Shown in pieces: positions 57,273 to 64,000 of a stretch of DNA of 64,000 bases; position 1 is the stretch's first letter, and each line of letters begins with the position of its first letter. Origin of the DNA: Candidatus Methanosuratincola verstraetei (GTDB lineage Archaea; Thermoproteota; Methanomethylicia; Methanomethylicales; Methanomethylicaceae); assembly GCA_049570475.1 (NCBI GenBank), contig CP186953.1:1312001-1376000 (forward strand), given 5' to 3'. The translations under genes were made by a program, and so were the position numbers. Under the pieces are notes generated by a model. It ran no database searches. It was not told the origin of the DNA and was given only the letters and a program-made list of their open reading frames with translations.

Positions 57273-58505
57273 ATGCGCAAAAAAACTTTTTCCATACCTC
57301 TTTTGCTGATCTTTGTTCTGGCGCTGATCTCCTTTTCCCCCGTCCGTGCTGAAAATTTAACAGTGACGATAAATGCTTCTGGACTAGGTAGCGGCGCAAC
57401 TGGAACCGTAATCAATTTTATGGGAACAAATGTCGCTGCTTCGCAACTGCCGAAGCAGTTCAGCGTGGCAAACGGCACAAATGCAACTTATGCATGGCAG
57501 CAATACGTTACGGTCAACTCGACTTACAGGTTTGCATTTGTCAATGCCTCGAAAACAACAACGATTGTCAGTTGCTTGCCAGGGATATCTCCAATTTGCA
57601 TATTTCTGCCATTCACAACAAACATGACTCAGAGTGGTACAATACTCATCACAACCAATACCTCTATGATGGCTTACTATTCCCCTGAGGTCTACTTGCA
57701 GTACGCCACACCTGCAGGAGGCTCAGCGAATATCACCTCAGGATGGTACCTGCCTGGCACAGCTCTTGTGATCTCAGCCACACCCAACTCAGGGTACAAC
57801 TTTGATGGATGGACCACGACTGGATCACTCTCAGTCCAAAACTCAAGCGCATCTGTGACAACGCTTACGATCAACGGACCTGGCACCGTCACAGCAAAGT
57901 TCGTAGTCGCCCCTCCCCCGCCATCCGGGTTCCCCATGGAGTACGTAATCTTGATTGTTGCGGTCGTTGCTGTTCTCGGGATAGCGGGCGCATTCCTGAT
58001 GAGAAGGAAGCCAAAGCCGCCGCCTGCCCCTAGACCAGTAGCGCTGAGGATAATCCCTGAAAAGAAGGAGATATTTGCAGACGGGCGTTCCTCGACAGAC
58101 GTCGTTGTCGAGCTGGTGGATTCAGAGGGTAAGCCTATCAGCTCTGATGTCGTGAGGGAAGTTCACCTGTCCGCCTCAGACGGTACAATTCCGCAATCTG
58201 TAACCATTCCAAAAGGCGCATCCTCAGCAAGGGTCCAGCTGTCATCTTCAATTCGCGTGGGTCAGGTGAATTTGACTGCATCGTCAAAGGAACTTCAATC
58301 CGCCCAAGCGACAGTTGCCTTCGTTGAAAAGAAGCGGTACTGCATGGTCTGCGGACAGAGGATGCCTATCGATGCTAGGGTCTGCCCGAGCTGCGGAAGC
58401 GCTCCGCCCTCAGGCGCAGATACAAAAGTATGCCCGAACTGTGGGGCCGTCATACCTATCGTGGCAAAGTTCTGCAGGGAGTGCGGAGCAAGCCAGCCTG
58501 CATGA
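57273..58505 (+). CDS. type I membrane protein: signal peptide, T/N-rich extracellular beta region with InlB-B-like repeat, TM, Ig-like (Big_1-like) domain, double zinc ribbon
   Basis: VRA signal cleavage site, ATPNSGYNFDGW repeat motif, TM followed by RRKPKP, IFADGRSS...VELVDSEGKP, four CxxC pairs at the C-terminus. Confidence 0.8.
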   Translation: MRKKTFSIPLLLIFVLALISFSPVRAENLTVTINASGLGSGATGTVINFMGTNVAASQLPKQFSVANGTNATYAWQQYVTVNSTYRFAFVNASKTTTIVSCLPGISPICIFLPFTTNMTQSGTILITTNTSMMAYYSPEVYLQYATPAGGSANITSGWYLPGTALVISATPNSGYNFDGWTTTGSLSVQNSSASVTTLTINGPGTVTAKFVVAPPPPSGFPMEYVILIVAVVAVLGIAGAFLMRRKPKPPPAPRPVALRIIPEKKEIFADGRSSTDVVVELVDSEGKPISSDVVREVHLSASDGTIPQSVTIPKGASSARVQLSSSIRVGQVNLTASSKELQSAQATVAFVEKKRYCMVCGQRMPIDARVCPSCGSAPPSGADTKVCPNCGAVIPIVAKFCRECGASQPA

Positions 58506-58553
58506 CCAATTCTTATATCCTTCTTTTTTTATGATATGGTATAGGGGAGTCCT

Positions 58554-58949
58554 TTGGGTTCTATTGCCGCAAAATTAGGCGATTTTGTAAATGCTACTGA
58601 CGTCCACATGGTCATGATGCCTTCTCCCGGAGGCCCTGTGCCTGTTTTTGTGAGCCTGCCTTTCCTTGGTCCTATTGCAGAACAGGTCAGCAAGGATGTT
58701 TTCATTGGGGGTTTGCCTGCAGCGACTGTGGGCAGTGTTGCTATCAATACGTCGCCCCACATAGCCCCGCCTCCAGGAACCTTTGCGAAGCCTCCTTCGA
58801 ACAAGGCCCAGATCGTCGATGGAAGCAAGAGCGTATTCATAAACGGCAAACCGGCAGCCCGGGCGGGCGATCCCGCATTGACTTGCAACGATCCTGTTGA
58901 TATGCCGGTCGGAACTGTTGTGGCAACGGGGAATGTATTCATAGGCTGA
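58554..58949 (+). CDS. PAAR-domain spike-tip protein
   Basis: AAKLGD, GLPAATVG, GSKSVFINGKPAARAGD...C; His/Cys metal ligands; no toxin extension. Confidence 0.92.
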   Translation: MGSIAAKLGDFVNATDVHMVMMPSPGGPVPVFVSLPFLGPIAEQVSKDVFIGGLPAATVGSVAINTSPHIAPPPGTFAKPPSNKAQIVDGSKSVFINGKPAARAGDPALTCNDPVDMPVGTVVATGNVFIG

Positions 58950-59015
58950 CGGTTTGATTTTAAGGGCGGGCACCATCGACTAAAAAGGGGATTGGTTGAG
59001 ACATATTAAAAAAGT

Positions 59016-59708
59016 TCAACCAACCTTCCCCTTGCCAATCTCTATCCTCTCTATCACGCCAACCTCAAACTCCACTGAAATCTCCTTCTCCGCGATGCAG
59101 ACGATCCTCAACCCGTCCTCCAGCCGTATCCCTTTCAACGGTCTGATTCCGATGCCTCGCCTTTCAAAGGCATCCGATTCGGCGAGCAGGACCTTGACAA
59201 CTTCCTCGGCGAGGGAATCCGTCTTCTGGCTATCGCCCCCTCTGATGTCGATGAAGTACTTGGAGATGAGCTTGAGCGCCCTCCTCAGCACATCTGCCCT
59301 TGTTCTGTAAGAGATCATGGCTTTCCATACTGGCTGCCTGAATTCGATTATCCCTGCCTTGTAGTCGACTGTATAGCCTTCCCCTTCTGCTATCTTTGTC
59401 CAGCTCTCCTTTCCCGACTCATGTCCTTTTCGCTCGAGTACTTGGACCTCCAGGCTGCCCCCCTCTGGTTTGTTCTTGAGCCTCTTCCTTGCTTCGTCTC
59501 TTTTCAGTTCGAGGACTTCGCTGATCTCTGCCGTCTTGGAACCCTCGCTGTCTACTGCCTGCTGAGCCCCGAACTTGAAGCCCCCGCAGGAAACCCCAAC
59601 CGAAGGCGTGCCCTTGATGCGGTCCAATGCGCCGACCTGATCCCCTGGAACCCCTTTGAGGTTCTTGCGGAGGGTCTCGATCAGAAGTTCTTCGATCTCT
59701 TGCAGCAT
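59016..59708 (-). CDS. CIS-associated hypothetical protein, possibly tail-terminator/cap (Pvc16/DUF4255-like) with an inserted beta module
   Basis: Last gene of the baseplate operon; N-terminal MLQEIEELL..TL helix; YTVDYKAGIIEF motif. Confidence 0.5.
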   Translation of the reverse strand: MLQEIEELLIETLRKNLKGVPGDQVGALDRIKGTPSVGVSCGGFKFGAQQAVDSEGSKTAEISEVLELKRDEARKRLKNKPEGGSLEVQVLERKGHESGKESWTKIAEGEGYTVDYKAGIIEFRQPVWKAMISYRTRADVLRRALKLISKYFIDIRGGDSQKTDSLAEEVVKVLLAESDAFERRGIGIRPLKGIRLEDGLRIVCIAEKEISVEFEVGVIERIEIGKGKVG

Positions 59709-59714
59709 TCCATG

Positions 59715-60401
59715 TCACTCTTGCAGAATGGCCCCTGATCGGATCCTTGATGAATAGTGTATGACATTGCCAATCCTGGGGGCGCACTCCGGGTTGGTAT
59801 TCCTGAACGTGACCGTGAGCACTTCTTTCTCAGGGGAGGGGTTCTTGGCCCTGTAACGGTACCACACATTCTCGTTTGGGGAGAGCAGATATTCGATGTA
59901 AGGGTTATCGGTCCCCTTCGGCCTGAGCTTGGACCTCTCGTGCACGTAAAGGCCATTGACCACCGCACTCGTGCCGTCGATGTACTCGAATGTTATCTCG
60001 AGCGTCTTCCTGTCCCCGTTCTCTGCCCCTGACCAGTAGTCCATTGACTCGAACTTTGCGGCGATTCCGAACCTGCAGATCACCCCTTCAGATCCCTTTT
60101 GAGCAACCCATTGCCTCGTGATCAGCCCGACCACGGGGGAGTCGTATGACGTCTTCTCCCCTGGCACAACCTCGTTCAGCGCGTAAGAGGTACCTACAGG
60201 GCTGACCATGTTGAGAAGGGTCTCTGTCTGCTCCATGCTGTCAATGTATTCCCTCAGCTTATGGAGTCTCGCCTCAAGATCTTGTATGTCCCCGAGGATC
60301 TCCTCCTGCATCCTGTTCCAGTCCTCAGACCTTATCACTTCACCGGGCTTTCTCAGAATTGGCTTGAATTTACCCACAAACCCACACTCCTTTTTGATCA
60401 T
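59715..60401 (-). CDS. CIS-associated hypothetical protein, candidate fibre/receptor-binding protein or cargo
   Basis: KPGEVIRSEDWN N-terminal motif, then a coiled coil and a beta-rich C-terminal domain; directly downstream of the wedge genes. Confidence 0.55.
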   Translation of the reverse strand: MIKKECGFVGKFKPILRKPGEVIRSEDWNRMQEEILGDIQDLEARLHKLREYIDSMEQTETLLNMVSPVGTSYALNEVVPGEKTSYDSPVVGLITRQWVAQKGSEGVICRFGIAAKFESMDYWSGAENGDRKTLEITFEYIDGTSAVVNGLYVHERSKLRPKGTDNPYIEYLLSPNENVWYRYRAKNPSPEKEVLTVTFRNTNPECAPRIGNVIHYSSRIRSGAILQE

Positions 60402-60411
60402 TGACCATAGG

Positions 60412-61320
60412 TTAGATCACCCTGACTCTTGATGACACACCAGCGGCCCTCATCTTCGAGACAAACCTCTCTACGTCCTCGACCCCCAGGCCGCTCCTCT
60501 TCAGCGCCCCAGATCTTATCCTCACCTCGAAAGAGGCTGGGGCATGCCCTTCCCATTCAAACCTGATCGTCAGATACGGGATCCCCTTGGTGAACGTGTG
60601 CTCGTCGAACTTTGCAGAATCGAAGACACCAAGCAGCCCGCTCAGGGACTCGCTGTACTTCCATACGGATCCCTCCCTGAGGAGCCTGGGGAACCCCTTG
60701 ATCTCGACCCTGCCCGTCACATCCTCCCCGTTGAGCTCCGACCTGCCCTTTGAAAGCACTAATTCCTGACCGCCAACCAAGGTTCCTTTGAAGGTCACAA
60801 CCTCTCCTGTCTTCAGGTTTGTCAGCGTCGGGTCCTTGACCTCCCCGCCCTCCTCAATCGAGATGCTTATCCTCGGATCCACGTCCTCAACGGTCCTGCT
60901 GCTGATCGTCCAGGTCTCGCCTGCCATGACCTTCACCTCCTCTGAGAGTGAAAGGAGCGGGTTTTCCACGATCTCGACGTCTCCTTCTGTAGAAGTTCCA
61001 ATCAGACCCATGACTGATTCGAGTATGGCCCTGACTGTGCCTCCCCCTCGGTAGTCGCTCACTGCCCTGCGGATCCTCGACCTGTACTTTTCGTCGCCCT
61101 CCCCTTGCATTCTCTTTGATGCAACGGCTGCACCAAGGAGGTCCAGGTCTTGTCCCCTGGCGGAGTCCACCCAGTGCGACCTCATTATTTCGGCTATCTG
61201 GTCATCAGCGTCGTCGATCTGGGATGCGAAGGAGGAGATAAAAGCGTAGACAAGCGAGCCCCTATCCCACCCCTTGTAGAACTTGGGGAGCCTGTCGCAC
61301 ATCTTTTCTGCTCTACTCAT
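60412..61320 (-). CDS. baseplate wedge protein (P2 gpI/Mu gp48-like) with inserted Dit-like domain
   Basis: RLPKFY, VDSARGQDLDLLG, E.DEKYRSRI, GGGTVRAI and C-terminal RAAGV; follows baseplate J. Confidence 0.75.
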   Translation of the reverse strand: MSRAEKMCDRLPKFYKGWDRGSLVYAFISSFASQIDDADDQIAEIMRSHWVDSARGQDLDLLGAAVASKRMQGEGDEKYRSRIRRAVSDYRGGGTVRAILESVMGLIGTSTEGDVEIVENPLLSLSEEVKVMAGETWTISSRTVEDVDPRISISIEEGGEVKDPTLTNLKTGEVVTFKGTLVGGQELVLSKGRSELNGEDVTGRVEIKGFPRLLREGSVWKYSESLSGLLGVFDSAKFDEHTFTKGIPYLTIRFEWEGHAPASFEVRIRSGALKRSGLGVEDVERFVSKMRAAGVSSRVRVI

Positions 61321-62890
61321 ACTTCTCACGCACCCCAAATGTGACGCTCACATTCCTCGGGATTGCCCTCTCGTCCGTTTCGATCCTGATGTTCTCGCCC
61401 CGGCTGAGCAGGGGCTCGCCTGTCCTATATGCCGCAAGCTTAAGGTCTCTCACGTCCCAGACGCCGTCCACCGCCAGGCACGATGCTATAATTTTGGAAT
61501 ACAGTACGTCCTCGGCGATCTTCAGAGATGATATGTAGCCCCTGACTGATGCCTCCACGTCCCTGATGACCTTTCCAGGATCTGTTGGCGCCTCAATTAT
61601 GGCCGTCATTGAAACATCGATGTGCACTACTTTGGGCCTCAGGAATTCCACCTTTATGCCCGCAGCCCTGGTCTCGTCTATGACCTTCCTTATCTCTGCC
61701 TCGTCGCCACCATCCACAACGACCCTGACTATGCCTGGGACCCCTCCTGGCATCTCATCGATGAGTATGGAGTTGACGCCCTTGACCGACTTCAGGGCGG
61801 AATCTAGCGATGAAGGCGTAGCCTTGGCTGCGAACTCCAGCGCATGCCTTGCCCTCTCCCTGAGCTCTTCATCTGTCTCTGCCTCAGATCCGTTGGAGAT
61901 GTCCCCCTTGTTTATCACATATTCTACGCCGATAACCGGCTGCGGCATTATTGTTATTGCACCTGCGGGGACGTTGCCCTTCTTTCCGGGGACTGTGCAG
62001 ACGACCGGCACGTCACACTCCCATCTCCCCCCTTCGGCAGGTTGCAGCACCCCTTCTTCAGTCGTCAGGAACACCTTTGCATCTTCAGGTGATGTGGCGA
62101 ATGTGGAAACCTTCGTGTTCTTTGGGATCTTTATCTGCTGGAATGCCGTATAGTCGATCTTGAAGACTGTGCGGGGGTCCGGCTTTCTCCCTCCTGGGAG
62201 CCATGCCAGCCTCCTTCCTGACAAACTGTAGTCAGACGTCGTAAAGACCGTGGCCTGCCCGCCAGATATGCCCTCGACTTTGGTTATCTCCTTGACCAGA
62301 GCGTTCTTCAATTCGTAGCTTTCCGAACCGTCGTAAAGATGGACCTCCCCAGACACCTCGATCTTCTCTGGCTCGCTTGTCCTCCCGAATGTTACCCTCC
62401 CTGAAGAAGGCCTCGGCGCCCTCCTCGTAATCCCTAGGAGCGAGACCGTCATCTCCAGGGCCTCGCCTGTTGCAGTCTCTAGGAAACCAGCCCGGTATGC
62501 GGCATCGAGCTGCTCGTAAAGGAACTCGATCTCCCTGCTAATCCCCTCGACTAGAGTCCTGAGCACGCTCCCAGCGCTGGTGTCAGTAAGCCCGCCGGGC
62601 CTGGCATACCTGTATGTTACCGTGAATTTGGTTCCTTCGTCCGGTCTTGCCCCGCCTGCAATCCACTCGACTGAGTTGCCTGAGAGCCTGTAGTCCTTCG
62701 CGCTGGAGAACTCCGCCATTTTCCTCTTGGACATGCCCGTGATTTTGATGATTTTAGTGACGGGGGCGTTCGCAAGCCGATAAGCCCCCCTGCTTCCTTC
62801 GAACTCGAATTCTTCGGACGCCTCTAAGCCCGTTATGCGTGCCAAGACATCTTCTGTTATCTGATCGTAGCTCTTAGCCTTGAATGGCAT
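61313..62890 (-). CDS. baseplate J/gp47-family protein with two inserted ~70-aa repeats
   Basis: TDTSAGSVLRTLVE, FLETATGEAL..LLGITR, C..PG..GNV.AG.I, G...ETDEELRER and RAAGI. Confidence 0.9.
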   Translation of the reverse strand: MPFKAKSYDQITEDVLARITGLEASEEFEFEGSRGAYRLANAPVTKIIKITGMSKRKMAEFSSAKDYRLSGNSVEWIAGGARPDEGTKFTVTYRYARPGGLTDTSAGSVLRTLVEGISREIEFLYEQLDAAYRAGFLETATGEALEMTVSLLGITRRAPRPSSGRVTFGRTSEPEKIEVSGEVHLYDGSESYELKNALVKEITKVEGISGGQATVFTTSDYSLSGRRLAWLPGGRKPDPRTVFKIDYTAFQQIKIPKNTKVSTFATSPEDAKVFLTTEEGVLQPAEGGRWECDVPVVCTVPGKKGNVPAGAITIMPQPVIGVEYVINKGDISNGSEAETDEELRERARHALEFAAKATPSSLDSALKSVKGVNSILIDEMPGGVPGIVRVVVDGGDEAEIRKVIDETRAAGIKVEFLRPKVVHIDVSMTAIIEAPTDPGKVIRDVEASVRGYISSLKIAEDVLYSKIIASCLAVDGVWDVRDLKLAAYRTGEPLLSRGENIRIETDERAIPRNVSVTFGVREKYE

Positions 62891-62891
62891 A

Positions 62892-63311
62892 CTATGCCAC
62901 CTCCAAGTGGAACGGATACCTTATGCTCAATGTTCCCCCTCCTGATTCTGGAATAACCGTGATCTCTATTGTGACCAACCCGGGGTCGTCCCTGTCCGGG
63001 ATTGCTGTGACCGAGACCAGCTCCTGGATCCTCCTCTCCCCGGCAAGGCTCGACGCCACCGCCCTGTGGATGAGGCTCATTGACCTCTCGTTCCTGGGCT
63101 GCCCCAAGACCTCGCTGAGCCTCGAGCCGTAGCCTCTGTGCCCTAAGTCCTCCATCTCCCCAACTGTTGTCGAGAGCCTGCAGATTATGGCCTGAGCCAG
63201 GTTGTCAATACCCTCGACTGTTGCCAGGTCGCCAGACTTGTCAACTGCCAAGTCTGCACCGGTGCTGTCTATCCTTAACCTAAGATCCCTGCCCAATCTC
63301 TCATTGCTCAA
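62892..63311 (-). CDS. gp25/GpW-like baseplate wedge (sheath initiator)
   Basis: GDLATVEGIDNLAQAI..RL.T..GE...H..YGSRL...G, ERRIQE. Confidence 0.85.
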   Translation of the reverse strand: MSNERLGRDLRLRIDSTGADLAVDKSGDLATVEGIDNLAQAIICRLSTTVGEMEDLGHRGYGSRLSEVLGQPRNERSMSLIHRAVASSLAGERRIQELVSVTAIPDRDDPGLVTIEITVIPESGGGTLSIRYPFHLEVA

Positions 63312-63327
63312 AGCGTCCCTCTCCCAA

Positions 63328-64000
63328 TCAGTTTATGTTGACGATGCCGCCCTTGATCTTGACCGTGGCCGCCCCCTCAACACTGGCCTGAACTCCAGCA
63401 CTCAGCTCTGCGTTGTTCGAGGCAGTGTTTTTCAGGTTGTTTCCGGCTGTGACATTGACATCTTTCCCGCCGTCCACATTGACGTTATTGCCTGATGATA
63501 TGCTTAGATCTTTCTGGGTGGTTATCCTAAGGTTTGACGCGGAGATTGAGATGTCCCCATCGGCCTCGATTGCCGTATCGCGCTTGGACTTGACCTTAAC
63601 GTCGCCGCTCGCCTCAATTGTGACGTCCCCACCCCTCTGTATCGTGACCTTCGTCGCACCCGCGGTCACCGTCACCTCTGCGTCCTTGAGGCATACTTTC
63701 ATGCCTCCTGGGAGCTGGATGTAGACTCTCCTCAACTCCTTGTCTTCCTCAAAGGGCGCAGCATAGACTAGCTCCCCTGTCTTGCTGACGGGCGGGCGGT
63801 CTTTTTCGTTGTAAATGCGCCCTATCACTATCGGGAAGTTCACATCGCCCCCGACGAAGTCTATTAGCACAAGATCGCCGACCGAGGGTGGCACAACCAG
63901 CCCGTATGCAGCGGTTGCGATCTGGACCCCCCTGAGCTCCAGCTCGCTGTTCTTTAGCCTGACATTGCACTCATAGTTGTCCTTGTCCCCCTCACTTGAA
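63328..64000 (-). CDS. baseplate spike (gpV/VgrG/gp5 OB-fold + beta-helix), 5' end outside window
   Basis: Frame is open to the window edge (..DKDNYECNVRLK...); PSVGDLVLIDFVGGD...PIVIGRIYN OB motif; 8-aa beta-helix repeats ending IKGGIVNIN. Confidence 0.9.
   Translation of the reverse strand, partial: SSEGDKDNYECNVRLKNSELELRGVQIATAAYGLVVPPSVGDLVLIDFVGGDVNFPIVIGRIYNEKDRPPVSKTGELVYAAPFEEDKELRRVYIQLPGGMKVCLKDAEVTVTAGATKVTIQRGGDVTIEASGDVKVKSKRDTAIEADGDISISASNLRITTQKDLSISSGNNVNVDGGKDVNVTAGNNLKNTASNNAELSAGVQASVEGAATVKIKGGIVNIN

Larger units (their letters stand above)
58554..64000. other. distal part of a contractile injection system (eCIS/tailocin-like) locus
   Basis: Spike-gp25-J-I gene order plus PAAR; no capsid, portal, terminase or integrase in the visible part. 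Confidence 0.75.

Noticed and set aside
57273-64000. Intact provirus
   Set aside because: No integrase, att/tRNA site, capsid, portal or terminase at this end, and PAAR is on the opposite strand. Not fully excluded because the locus is cut by the window edge.

Overview
This is an archaeal chromosomal segment, moderately GC-rich with dense operons, archaeal TATA/SD signals and T-tract terminators. The gene content (LysW-type lysMXYZ genes, PINA ATPase, Elp3, 20S proteasome subunits, GPN GTPase, pyrrolysine-free MtmB paralogues with a corrinoid protein, tungsten AOR, stand-alone NifB) best fits a TACK-related methylotrophic methanogen such as Methanomethylicia/Verstraetearchaeota; this taxonomy is inferred. 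Most of the window is housekeeping and metabolism: lys/arg, thr and ilv biosynthesis, CoA ligases, tRNA modification and a BMP-type ABC transporter. The standout is the last ~6.7 kb, the distal end of a phage-tail-like contractile injection system (eCIS-like). It comprises a spike/VgrG-gpV (truncated by the window edge), a gp25 wedge, a baseplate J with a duplicated insert, a gpI-like wedge with a Dit-like insert and two unknown genes. On the opposite strand lie a PAAR tip gene and a single-pass membrane protein with a predicted cytoplasmic Ig-like plus double zinc-ribbon region. Other notable items are a divergent beta-alpha proteasome pair (no propeptide, no YDR gate motif), Elp3 coupled to a Trm9-like methylase, two non-Pyl MtmB genes sharing a 45-bp identical tract, and structured or uORF-containing leaders before ilvB, paaK and lysM. 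No rRNA, tRNA, CRISPR array, transposase or integrase was recognised. All family calls come from motif recognition by eye, not from database searches.
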